Part shown: positions 13,736 through 26,267 of the stretch, piece by piece
How the letters are laid out: each line of letters starts with the position of its first letter
Position numbering within the stretch: position 1 is the stretch's first letter
Assembly (NCBI GenBank): GCA_002269645.1
Contig: NIVC01001462.1
Location: 62,001 to 126,000 of the forward strand
Direction of reading: 5' to 3'
From: Macrostomum lignano
Taxonomy: Eukaryota
DNA: 64,000 nucleotides
Translations under genes and position numbers: made by a program
Notes under the pieces: model-generated
Told to the model about the DNA's origin: nothing
The model's database searches: none
What the model saw: only the letters and a program-made list of their open reading frames with translations

Positions 13736-16700
13736 TTATTCCATAGAGTCATAACTCGGAACAAAGATTTGAAGCGATTTTTCGACTGGCCTAGCGCGAC
13801 TGGCACTGCCTTCTCCGCCGACATCGGTAAAATCGTCTTCGTCTGGGCCGGCCTGACCGCGCCTGCGCTCTCTAGCTTGGCGCCGTTGTTCCAGCACTAG
13901 CAAGTCCTGCGGTCCCTTGAAATATTCTGGCATAACCTGACTGAACGCAGACTCTCCGCGGTCCGACTGTGCGCCGACAATTGTCCAAGCTATTACGTCA
14001 CCATCTCGGAGCAAGTAGGGCGAAGTTGTTGACAATTTGGTTAGCGGAGCTGCAGCGCCAAGTTTATCAGCCTGTTGCTGCTGACTGTATAAAGCTTCCT
14101 TCACGCGCGGTATGATCAACCAATCGCAGCGTTCGTGACAGCGCTTAGCTAGCAACAGTTGCTTTTGTTTTGCTGCCAGTCTAACTTGATAATATACAGC
14201 TGAGTACAGAGACGCTGCACTGTCCTCAGTGTCAGAATTGTTGGGCCACCACAGAGGCTCTGGTGCTGAATAGTGCTCATTGAGACTGTCAGATTTCTTG
14301 CTGGTCAACCACAATAGCATCGGGTCAACTTGCTGCTTAGGCCTGCTGGCCAACTCTGGCGGGACACCGCAGTGACGGTCGAAGCACAAGGCTACGCCAC
14401 TCTGATTCAAGTGACACGACGACACCTGCCTTGACGGTGCCAAAGCCGATAGTTGCAATTTTTTGTCTTTCCGACGAAACATTGCAGCGGCTTGACCTTC
14501 TTTAATATGTCCATCTTTAATTAGCAAATCAGTGAGGTCGTCAACTCTCATATTTGGATCGATAACCAGATCATTGTGCTGTTTAAACAGCGAATTTGGC
14601 GATTGGCTAAGCCGAACCAACCAATCAGACGGGTCGAACGCTAGATGCTCGAACAGACGAACTCGAGCCTGACCAGTTAGCAAGGGCTGGCCAGTGACAA
14701 TGCGCAGCTCAGTGGCGTGCTTAATACCTGCGCTGTCAAGAGTCCGATCGTCGCGTACCTCGGACGTCGCATCACCAGTAGTTGGACTGACAAAGCACAG
14801 GTGATAGAAATCTGGACGCCGGACATTCAGCATGTCAGCTGCTTTTCGACGAAATTTGTCAACACGATCAGTCAGCCTGGCAACTATACCAACAGGATCT
14901 TGGTTGGCAATCTTTGAATCTAATGTCACTTTGATGTAAACTTCTTGAATATCGTCGCGAAGCGGCCGATTATTGACAAGTTGCATTCTGGGCGCTGACA
15001 GTTCACCAACAACAAAAGAATCTGGCACTGAAAGGTTGGTTGACAGAGTTTGAAAAACAGGATTACTTATATGCTGAAAAAGTAGCAGAATAAAACTACC
15101 CACCAGGATAGAAGCAATTCAAGTCCTCGCTGTAAACTTCAACACTCCAGGCGCTTGGATCAAATGCCAGGGAATCTTTATGAACTTTGTCGAACATGCT
15201 CTGCTTGATTTGGTAGGCTTTCTGAAATTAAATGATACATTTGCTTAAAATGGGCCAGATGTGCAACCGACAGCTCAGCCGCAGCTATTGCGCGGCGCAT
15301 CTGAAGGCTGCGTACGGCTGATCAGTCTAAGGACTTGGGGGGGGGGGGGTCGCCACACACACACACACACACACACACACAATTTACAGCTGGGTGAACT
15401 GAAGCAATGCAGAGTTAAGGTCTCCTGCTTAATAGGGACACAAATTGTTCTGAGTGGGTTGAGATCCGAACCCCCGGACCTTTCAATCATGAGACCGACA
15501 CTCTTAGCCACTAGGCTACAATCCCTTGTGACAAAGTAAAAAAAAACGTCGAATAGCTTACGTGACCAGGCTTGAGACGAAGAGTTTTCACCGACTTTTC
15601 GTTTGAGTTTGAGTTCTAAAACAATAAAGAATCGTATAGTTGGTTGCGCGTGAAACTTTTGCTACAGGGTTGATGAAACTGCAATCTATTGTATACATTA
15701 CTAACCAGAATCATGGTAACATCAACTTGCTGACAAGTGGCTTCAATAGAGACACTGTCCTCCTTGGACACCGACACGTACAATCGGTCCCCAGTCTTGA
15801 AGCCTAGATCGCCAATACTAGTTGAAAGACTCGATGCTGGCACAACTAGACGAATCTTCTTAATATCATTTGCGCATTCCCGTTGCACGTAGCATTGTTT
15901 AGATTCAATAGCGGTCTCTAGATCAGTGCCTAGTGTATGCGATAGCATAGGCAGGACGCCACTAATGCAGTCAATCAGCGGTTTAGAGGCTGGCAGGGTG
16001 ACCTCTTGGGATTCACCGCCGCGAAAGTGAAAACGTAGCTTGATTGGACGATTGCTCTCGCCTGAGATGAAGCTCTCAGTTTCCTGACGGTGTCAATTCG
16101 ATAATAAAATAAAAAACTGCAGTGTAATGCACTTTACAGACTTCAGGTTGTCAGGGTGTTGATACAGACTGAACAGGGTGTCAGAGTGTTGACACAGACT
16201 GAACAGGGTGTTGACACAGACTGAACAGGGTGTCAGAGTGTTGACACAGACTGAACAGGGTGTCAGAGTGTTGACACAGACTGAACAGGGTGTTGACACA
16301 GACTGAACAGGGTGTTGACACAGACTGAACAGGGTGTTGACACAGACTGAACAGGGTGTTGACACAGACTGAACAGGGTGTTGACACAGACTGAACAGGG
16401 TGTTGACACAGACTGAACAGGGTGTTGACACAGACTGAACAGGGTGTTGACACAGACTGAACAGGGTGTTGACACAGACTGAACAGGGTGTTGACACAGA
16501 CTGAACAGGGTGTTGACACAGACTGAACAGGGTGTTGACACAGACTGAACAGGGTGTTGACACAGACTGAACAGGGTGTTGACACAGACTGAACAGGGTG
16601 TTGACACAGACTGAACATTGTGTTGACACATACTGAACAGGGTGTTGACACAGACTGAACAGAGTGTCAGAGTGTTGACACAGACTGAACAGGGTTTCAG

Positions 16701-19700
16701 AGTGTTGACACAGACTGAACAGGGTGTCAGAGTGTTGACACAGACTGAACAGGGTGTCAGAGTGTTGACACAGACTGAACAGGGTGTCAGAGTGTTGACA
16801 CAGACTGAACAGGGTGTCAGAGTGTTGACACAGACTGAACAGGGTTTCAGAGTGTTGACACAGACTGAACAGGGTGTCAGAGTGTTGACACAGACTGAAC
16901 AGGGTGTCAGAGTGTTGACACAGACTGAACAGGGTGTCAGAGTGTTGACACAGACTGAACAGGGTGTTGACACAGAATGAACAGGGTGATACCAGAAATT
17001 TCAGGGTGTCAGCGTACCATAAATTACATGGTATTATAACCCACTGTTAATTACCTAGCCTGCAGCTTACCTTACGCGAGAAGCTGACGAACACATACGG
17101 ATTAGACGCACTGCACTGCCACATAAATGGGGCCGATTTTACTGTGGAATCGCCGAGCACAATTTTTGGATCCGTTAGGCGGCACAGAGCGTAATAGCCG
17201 CAATCGGTGCGTTCCAGGCAGACAACGCAACCGACTTCTGGCATCAGGTCGGACTGAAAGGTATGGAGATCTTCAAGTTTAATTATTCAAAACAAGTCAC
17301 TATTTAGCTAGTGTTTAAGCAGCTGTTTAGCTAGTGTTTAAGCGTCTGTTTAGCTAGTGTTTAAGCGTCTGTTTAGCCAGTGTTTAAGCGTCTGTTTAGC
17401 CAGTGTTTAAGCGTCAATTCAGCTAGTGTTTAAGCGTCAATTCAGCTAGTGTTTAATGGCCAATCCAGCCAGTTTTTATACAAGCGAAATTAGAACAAGA
17501 AAAACAATTTTACCCACCATCTCGGTGTCAATTTTGCAAAGCAAATCATTAATTGTCTTGTTACAGCTGATAACAACAGTAGAATGGGGCTGCAACGCAT
17601 CACCGGCAGGTTCAGGATCCCAGATCAGTCTGTCCGACCGCAACTTGAACTGGCTCTCGTGGTACAGAGCGTAATTAACTCGATTAACTTCTTCGTCGTG
17701 CTTTTTCCGTTGAGATCTTAATTCTTTATTCTCTTTCTTAATCGCTCGATAGAGCCAGTCTGGCATCTCCTCTTTGATCTCGTCTGGAGACAGAGGGAAG
17801 ATGGCTTCGTTACGGCTGCACTGCCTATAGAACAGCATGTAGGCGGATGTACGGCCGGAGAACTGGCGCTCAATGTCCGATGGACGAATCGGAGAAATTC
17901 GACTGTCATTTAGGTCGAACCAGTGCCTGCGTTTAAAGTACAACAGTGGAAGGTCATCTTGGGGAGTCGAGTCGATGTAATTGAGTACATTTGAAGGTTG
18001 TTTAGGAGAATCGATGATGATCTAATAATCTTGAGTACACTTGAAGGTCGTTTTAGAGAAATCGGGATCATAAGATAGTCTTAAGAACAGTTGAAGGTCA
18101 TTAGGTAGAATCTATGATGATATGATAATCTTGAGTACATTTGAAGGTCGCCTAGAAGAATCGAGGATGATATTATAATCTTGAGTACATTTGAAGGTCG
18201 CCTAGAAGAATCGAGGATGATATTATAATCTTGAGTATATTTGAAGGTCGTCTAGATGAATCGAGGATGATCTGATAATATTGAGTACATTTGAAGGTCA
18301 TTAAGAATCGATAGCTTGTATGATAATTTTGAGCACAGTATAAAGGTCATTCAGGGTATTAAAAGATTATCCAAGTACTGAAACTCAGTTTAAATTTGAA
18401 CGTAACAACATAAATTAAACCAACGAGAAAAAACTCACTGTTCAGAAGCAGCATCCAATCCATTTCCGTGGACTTTTCCACTATTAGCAGCTGGCTCCTC
18501 ATCCCTAACTGCAGCTTCATCATCGGCATCCAACGCAGCCTCCAGGGCATTAACTTTAAGCCTAACTAAAATCCTATCGCCATTCTCTTCCACTTGGAAA
18601 ACGTCATCATTAGATTTGACGTACTGCAAGATGGGACCCCATCGATTTTTGCAAGCGGTAGACCAGGCCTGCCCAGTGACAAATTTAAACCTAGTAGCCA
18701 ATTCGTTCAGAGGCAAGCACTGATCAGGATCGTCTAGTAATAACTGTTTGAGCACAGACGGAGAAGGCCTAGCCGATTGAGCATTATCACCGGAGTTGCG
18801 TTTGTCTGATTTGTCCACCTGCCACCAGTGTCCGCGCTGCTCCAAATCTCTCACATAGGCGTAATAGTGACCGCCCATGGCGGAGCCGCCGTGGATCACT
18901 ACAGCAAACAGCTCGTAGAGAGCCCCACCCTGCGAGGCGGCATCGCAATGCTCGGCCAGGTGCTTGCCAAGGTCCAAACAGTCGGCGTAGGGAAAAGTGA
19001 AACGGCCGTCGTGCTTCACTCGGGTCATTCTGGCGAAGTCGAAGTCGAAACGCATCAGCGAGAGGGTCAGGATTGGCGGCAGGTGGGTCAGGCGGCTGGT
19101 CTGTGGAGAGAGCAATAGATGATTGCTTAGGACTTCGAAAGGATGATAGCAGGTATAGCTTAGGACTTTAATCCGGGTTTAAGTCTCGCTATTTGATGCT
19201 ATCCAGCTAAGATTATGCGCATGCATAGTGTATACAGTGGCGTACGCAGGATTTTTACTTGGAGGGAGCCGCAACCCTATTTAGTGTCTTAGTGGACGCC
19301 TCTGTCTTTTGGGTCGGCGCTCCTGTCTCTTAGTAGGCACCCCTCTCTTAGTAGGCACCCCTCTCTTAGTAGGCACCCCTGTCTCTTAGTAGGCACCCCT
19401 GTCTCTTAGTAGGCACCCCTGTCTCTTAGTAGGCACCCCTGTCTCTTAGTAGGCACTTCTGTCTCTTAGTAGGCACCTCTGTCTCTTAGTAGGCACCTCT
19501 GTCTCTTAGTAGGCACCTCTGTCTCTTAGTAGACACCCCTGTCTCTTAGTAGGCACCCCTGTCTCTTAGTAGGCGCCCCTGTTTCTTAGTAGGCACCTCT
19601 GTCTCTTAGTAGGCACCCCTGTCTCTTAGTAGGCACCCCTGTCTCTTAGTAGGCACCTCTGTCTCTTAGTAGGCACCCCTGTCTCTTAGTAGGCACCTCT

Positions 19701-21821
19701 GTCTCTTAGTAGCACATCTGTCTCTTAGTAGGCACATCTGTCTCTTAGTAGGCACCTCTGTCTCTTAGTAGGCACCCCTGTCTCTTAGTAGGCACCCCTG
19801 TCTCTTAGTAGGCACCTCTGTCTCTTAGTAGGCACCCCTGTCTCTTAGTAGGCACATCTGTCTCTTAGTAGGCACCCCTGTCTCTTAGTAGGCACCCCTG
19901 TCTCTTAGTAGGCACCTCTGTCTCTTAGTAGGCACCCCTGTCTCTTAGTAGGCACCTCTGTCTCTTAGTAGGCACATCAGTCTCTTAGTAGGCACCTCTG
20001 TCTCTTAGTAGGCACCCCTGTATCTTAGTAGGCACCCCTGTATCTTAGTAGGCACCTCTGTCTCTTAGTGCGCGCCCCTGTCGCTTAGTAGGCACCCCTG
20101 TCGCTTAGTAGGCACCCCTGTCTCTTAGTAGACACCCCTGTCTCTTAGTAGGCACCTCTGTCTCTTAGTAGGCGCTCCTGTCTCTTAGTAGGCACCCCTG
20201 TCTCTTAGTAGGCACCCCTGTCTCTTAGTAGGCACCCCTGTCTCTTAGTAGGCACCTCTGTCTCTTAGTAGGCACCCCTGTCTCTTAGTAGGCACCTCTG
20301 TCTCTTAGTAGGCACATCTGTCTCTTAGTAGGCACATCTGTCTCTTAGTAGGCACCTCTGTCTCTTAGTAGGCACCCCTGTCTCTTAGTAGGCACCTCTG
20401 TCTCTTAGTAGGCACATCTGTCTCTTAGTAGGCACCTCTGTCTCTTAGTAGGCACCCCTGTATCTTAGTAGGCACCCCTGTATCTTAGTGGGCGCCCCTG
20501 TCTCATGGTTGGCGCCCCTGTCTCTTAGTGGGCGCCCCTGCCTCATGGTTGGCGCCCCTGTCTCTTAGTGGGCGCCCCTGCCTCATGGTTGGCGCCCCTG
20601 TCTCTTAGTGGGCGCCCCTGTCTCTTGGTGGGGCGCCCCTGCCTCATGGTTGGCGCCCCTGTCTCTTAGTGGGCGCCCCTGTCTCTTGGTGGGGCGCCCC
20701 TGTCTCATGGTTGGCGCCCCTGTCTCTTAGTGGGCGCCCCTGCCTCATGGTTGGCGCCCCTGTCTCTTAGTGGGCGCCCCTGCCTCATGGTTGGCGCCCC
20801 TGTTTCTTAGTGGGCGCCCCTGCCTCATGGTTGGCGCCCCTTTTCATTTGTTAAGCATAACTAGCTCTTTTTTTTGTTTTTAGAGAAGTGGAATTTTTGT
20901 TGAGGGGGGTGCCTGGCGTTCAGTGTTGGCAATTCTCGCCCAAGAAAGCCAACCTCTAATGCACAGAGTAGACACATGAGTAGACCGTGTGAGCGAGCAG
21001 CTGCGACACCCCCCCCCCCCTACAAAACTAACGAACTAAGTAGGTCAAGAACTTGTGGCGACGCGCACCTTCTCAGCGTCCACCAGCCGGTTGCAGCCGT
21101 CGCAGCGGTATTTATTGTCGCCCTGAAGCCACTCGGAGCCGAACAAATCGTTCAAGCTGTCTTCCAATCTCTGATAGCCTACTGTGGTCACGCAGAGATC
21201 CAGAAAGTCCTCCGACCGGTTGGAGGCGTGGCCGCATTCGCTGCACCGGATCGAGGTGCGAAACGAGCCTCGAATCTGTTTGGCGATGCCTTCATAAGGA
21301 GCGCCTTTGACGCCGGCAAGGGAGTCCTCTAACGCTGAGAACAGGAGCCGGTTCAATTCTTGCACATCGTGCTGATCAGCGTGCTCCATCTGGTCCCAGC
21401 CGAAGCTGCGAGTCAGCTCGCGAGTGCTCAACGCCTCCCGGTTGCTTAGCAACAGTCTGCCTAATAATCGTTGCAATTCAAACGGAATCCGACGCAGCCT
21501 AGCCGATGCGCTAACATTCGGATCGGCTTCGATGTCTTTCAACTCGAATTTGTCAGCATCAGCTTCTGAGTACAGACCGATCTGCTCCCCCCTGATTGAC
21601 ATGACAGCTCTGCGCAGCTCTGGCGCCGCCAAGATCACCTGAATTAACGAATTCAAATAGCAGGTGGCGCCTTGGTTCTCTAAGCCGGCCAATTTTGTTG
21701 GCCCACGCGGCTGCAATGGCAGGGCGGCGGCGTTGCCAGCGTCGAACGCCATCCGACGAGGCGCCGAGGTTGACGAAGGTCCAGCGGCGCTGTCTTCTTC
21801 ATTGAATAAATTATGAAACAT
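13736..21821 (-). CDS. USP40: Ubiquitin-specific protease, USP40-like; exons approx. 21821-21069, 19100-18439, 17926-17514/8, 17270/53-17071, 16083-15706, 15221-15104, 15027-13736 (~1270 aa)
   Basis: MFHNLFNEED N-terminus, Cys box GLENQGATCYLNSLIQ, QHDVQELNRLLFSALEDSL, His box VVIHGGSAMGGHYYAY, HWFDLNDS...SAYMLFYR. The exon 3/4 junction is ambiguous. Confidence 0.88.
15250..15526 (-). mobile_element. SINE family B copy with internal (CA)n, in a USP40 intron
   Basis: GGGATTGTAGCCTAGTGGCTAAG head on the minus strand; shares CAGCTCAGCC.CAGCTATTGCGCGGCGC and TTTACAGCTGGGTGAACTGAAG with 12838-13120. Confidence 0.75.
16150..16990. repeat. 22-bp/30-bp minisatellite (GTGTTGACACAGACTGAACAGG +/- GTGTCAGA) in USP40 intron 4
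   Basis: Two blocks: 22-bp units, then 30-bp units. Confidence 0.95.
17305..17455. repeat. 23-bp minisatellite in USP40 intron 3
   Basis: TTTAGCTAGTGTTTAAGCGTCTG tandem. Confidence 0.85.
17980..18350. repeat. Degenerate 50-bp tandem repeat in USP40 intron 2
   Basis: TCTTGAGTACATTTGAAGGTCG recurs about every 50 bp. Confidence 0.8.
19320..20840. repeat. 20-bp minisatellite (TGTCTCTTAGTAGGCACCCC) in USP40 intron 1
   Basis: Period 20; switches to GGGCGCCCC variants after ~20490. Confidence 0.95.
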
Positions 21822-22099
21822 TGCCTTACTAGCAAAACCAATCTGCTGCTTTTCCTCTTGCTGCCCTCTTTGAAGGCGACGCCTCTTTGGACTGGATGGC
21901 GGATGCAGATCAGATGCTGCTGGATTCTGTCGGCTTCTTCAAGGATTTAGCGTGAAACAAATATTAACATTGATTTTTATGACACATTGTGACCTTGAAC
22001 TGGGTGTAAAATTCATTTTTGTGTTGTTTAAGGACACATCACTCTTTAAATAACACCTTATCTAATAGTACATTAAAAACCATTTAAGTACAATTGAAA

Positions 22100-22380
22100 A
22101 GAGTCCATCTAAGGACACATTAAAAGATCCTATCTAAAAACGTATCACACATTAAAAGACCCCATCTAAAGACACATCACACATTAAAAGACCCCATCTA
22201 AAGACACATCACACATTAAAAGACCCCATCTAAAGACACATCACACATTAAAAGAACCCATCTAAAGACACATCACACATAAAACGACCCTAACTCAAGA
22301 CATCTCAGACATTAAAAGAACCCGTCGAAAGACACGCAAAAAATCTATTTAAAGACACATCAAAAGAAAACATCTGAAAA
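22100..22380. repeat. 32-bp tandem repeat between USP40 and GOLGA7
   Basis: ACACATTAAAAGACCCCATCTAAAGACACATC, period 32. Confidence 0.85.
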
Positions 22381-23005
22381 CATACTAAACCCCTGTTAAC
22401 TGATATTCCTACATAGTAAACAAAATGCAAAAATGCATTGAAAAACTATTATTAAGTAAAGTCTGCTACAAGTAATTCAGTAAATACACACAGAATCCCA
22501 TGTAATATTTATTAGAATCCGTTTCAAGCGCCAGCTTTTGTTCTGCAACTTCATCAAACAATATTAGTTAAAGTATTGTTTTGCAATGTAAATAAATGAA
22601 ATTATATATGTAATATAAGAAGCCTACATTAAATAAAAGGAATGAGTAATGCAGACAATGTTTTATTGTTGTAACTTTGTAATATAACTTATACAAACAA
22701 TATGTTAAACATATGGTAGTAACATAAATAGCAGATATAAGACCAATGAAGAAATTCAGCCTATTATAATTATATATAGTGCATAAAGTAAATTACAGGT
22801 GTGTACAAGACTTGTTAAATATAAAAATTATCCAATAAAAAGTGTAGTTAGCGCAATCACAGGACAGGTAGACAGCGACACGTTGTTTGTCCAACTTGTC
22901 GATAAAACTATAAATGAGAGCATCCATATGAACAAAAAAAACCCCTACTTACAGTACTCATTTATATTTATATAGAAATAAAAGAATCACAATTAGTTAC
23001 AGAAA

Positions 23006-24393
23006 TTAATCGTTTAGCACAACAATTTCCAGAACGCGAAGTCCTCGATCGCTGGGATCGACAAGCATCAGCCGATTGGGCTCAAATGTTGTGCGATTGT
23101 ACTCGGCAACCAGGCGCGACACCTGCTTCAGGCTCTGCGGAGATGGAGTGCGGTGCTTTGCTTAGACTGGCTGGGAAACAGCTGAGCTGACCAATCAGGG
23201 ATAGACTGGCTGCTGACCAATCAGAGACAAACTAGCTCCTGACCAATCAGAGACAAACTAGCTACTGAACAATCAGGGACAAACTAGCTCCTGATCAATC
23301 AGGGACAAGCTAGCTCTTGACCAAGTAGAGACAAGCTAGCTCCTGACCAATCAGAGACAAACTAGCTCCTGACCAATCAGAGACAAACTAGCTCCTGACC
23401 AATCAGGGACAAACTAGCTCCTGACCAATCAGGGACAAACTAGCTCCTGATCAATCAGGGACAAGCTAGCTCTTGACCAATCAGAGACAAACTAGCTCCT
23501 GACCAATCAGAGACAAACTAGCTCCTGACCAATCAGAGACAAACTAGCTCCTGACCAATAAGAGACAAACTAGCTCCTGACCAATCAGAGACAAACTAGC
23601 TCCTGATCAATCAGGGACAAGCTAGCTCTTGACCAAGTAGAGACAAGCTAGCTCCTGACCAATCAGAGACAAACTAGCTCCTGATCAATCAGGGACAAGC
23701 TAGCTCTTGACCAATAAGAGACAAACTAGCTCCTGACTAATCAGGGACAAGCCAGCTCTTGACCAAGCAGAGACAAACTAGCTCCTGATCAATCAGGGAC
23801 AAGCTAGCTCTTGACCAAGCAGAGACAAACTAGCTCCTGATCAATCAGGGACAAACTAGCTCTTGACCAAGCAGAGACAAACTAGCTCTTGACCAAGCAG
23901 AGACAAACTAGCTCCTGACCAATCAGGGACAAGCTAGCTCTTGACCAAGCAGAGACAAGCTAGCTCTTGACTTATCAGGGACACTGCACCCGTTCAGATT
24001 AAAGCTCACCTTTTCGTAATGAGTATCGATGCACAGGTAGAGCAGGTAGCCAGTCAGACAGGCAAAGATGCTCTCCATATAAACTGCGGGCGATCCGCGT
24101 TCTGCGGCAGTTAAAATCTCATTAATATTGGTTACCACGGCAACAAAAGTCTCTTCAGGAATTCGGCCTTGCAGTTGAACTGGGAAAGCAGTTGAGAATC
24201 GCAATTCAAGTCCGTTAGTGAAGTCGCGAGGTATGAATACTTTGCGAGTGCCAGTAGCTCCGACTGTGGTTGTGCCAGCTGTGAATGGATTTTTATCCAG
24301 TGACGCACTGCTAGACATGTTGCTGCTGCTGTTGATGATGCGATTACTGCTGTTGTTGCCTGCCGCTAACTTTGCGGCTGTTGGAGGTGGCAT
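23006..24393 (-). CDS. GOLGA7: Golgin subfamily A member 7 (Erf4 family); exons 24393-24010, 23134-23006
   Basis: KVFIPRDFTNG...FSTAFP..L.GRI...MESIFACLTGYLLYLCIDTHYEK | SLKQVSRLV.EYN...DPSDRGLRVLEI; phase-0 GT-AG intron. Confidence 0.92.
23210..23975. repeat. 26-bp minisatellite (CTCCTGACCAATCAGAGACAAACTAG) in the GOLGA7 intron
   Basis: Period 26. Confidence 0.95.
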
Positions 24394-24520
24394 GAATTAT
24401 TGATTATAGACTTTTATATAGATCTATGATGAAGGAATTGTTCCTCTGTAGATTGATAGATGCCTATCTATAGTTCAATCTATACACAGATATTAAAACT
24501 TGCTATTGAATTAAATAAAT

Positions 24521-25040
24521 TGTCAGGTTGACTTCTTTCCAATAGGTCGCGCAAGCACAATGTGATCTTGGCTGCGACTCAGGAAATGGGTATTGCAACC
24601 TGCGCTATCAGAAAATAGCCTTTGATGTTTGCCGCTAATAGCAGTCTCTTCTGGAAGCAGAAATTTGCATTGTTTACTGCAACCATAGGAGCGGCAGGTG
24701 AGAGACAAGATTTTGACGATCCAGTGCTCAGCCCAGTAACTGAGGATCTGGGAGGCTGGCCCAGCAACTGAGGATCTGGGAGGCTAGCCCAGCAACTGAG
24801 GATCTGGGAGGCTGGTGGCTCAGCAACTGAGGATCTGGGAGGCTGGCCCTGCAACTGAGGATCTGGGAGGCTGGCCCAGCAACTGGGGATCTGGGAGGCT
24901 GGTGGCTCAGCAACTGAGGATCTGGGAGGCTGGTGGCCCAGCAACTGACACTCTGGGAGACTGGCCCGTCAAATGAGAATCTGGATGGCTGACCCAGTAA
25001 CTGAGGCTCTGGGTGGCTGGCCCAGCATCTGCGGATCTGG
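24521..25040. repeat. Second copy of head plus 28-bp minisatellite
   Basis: Homology with 9691 starts at TGTCAGGTTGAC; followed by the same 28-bp units. Confidence 0.9.
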
Positions 25041-26267
25041 ATTTTAAATGGCGGCCCAGAAACTTAAAATTTTGATTATTAAACTCTAGAGATACAGAGC
25101 TAATCCTTATTAAACCTAAAGAATCGAAAGAGTAAAAATTTAAGTTAATTTTCATCATATAAAAAACAAACTGCTGATGAATGTTTGAAATATACTTTTT
25201 GCAGTACGCTAGCAATTTACCATGCAAGCGACGAATTACGCGATTTAGAGTCCAGTTCGTACATAAAAGTGACAGAATTTGGTTCAATATAGCAATATTA
25301 ATTAGCTGCAACGCACGGCCACTTGTGTGCAGGTAGATAAAGCCAATCCAAACCATACCAGAGAGTGAATCATTGTTAAAAGCAAATTCAGGCAATACAG
25401 CTTCAAGCACGATGTATACACTTCGCCACTACTCATTTTAATTGAACTAGAAGTAGTATATGTACAGTACGCACTGTACTACCAAAAATTTAGAAAAGCA
25501 GCATACCGTTTAGTATAGGAATCATACAGTTAGTGACAAGTTAACATTTAATATTAACAGACATTAAAATTTAAAGAAGTAAACAAATAACAAAAAAATA
25601 CAAAATCTATTACATGTGTATGCAAACTGCCACAATAACTACTCATGCTAGCAGTAGTACCGAGAACAATTAAGCCTACGCTAAGTTAATGCTAATTTCA
25701 CGGTGGTTATTTTCTGCGTCCAAGATCTTGCAGCATCATAAAGAAATTTCTTTAATTTGGTGGGCTGTAGGGGCAAAGGCGGCACTATACCATAGAGAAA
25801 TATTATTTTAATAAACTAATACGAAACGTTACGAACAATCATCTTTGATATGAAGGAGAAAGGCAACAAAGTTGATAATTCGGCCATAGACATCGGAACA
25901 AAGGAGGCTGTCAGCAGCAACCTCTCACCCCCCTCTCTCTCTCTCTCTCCACCAAACGCCACCAAAATTCTCGTTCTGATGTGCCTGCCCAAACAAAGCG
26001 AAAACTTTAATCGAAGGCACTAAAGTCTCGTTATTCGTTTTCAATGGTGCAATGAGACTGTTTGTTTAAAGCTTATTACAAATGGGATTCTCGAAAAAAG
26101 TTAAACTTTGTCTTCTCATTTTCTTAAATCCAGGCCTCATGGCGGTACCAAACTTATTTGACTCATTCAAAATCAACATTTGCTGTTATGCTTTAACATA
26201 TTTGCTTTGCACTTGGGCGCAGAAACAACTACTGCTTAGTCTGTATTCCTTAATTAAGCTAATAAGT

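Noticed and set aside
24907-25410. 167-aa minus-strand ORF upstream of GOLGA7
   Set aside because: No recognisable domain; AT-rich and ends in minisatellite. Cannot exclude a UTR exon.
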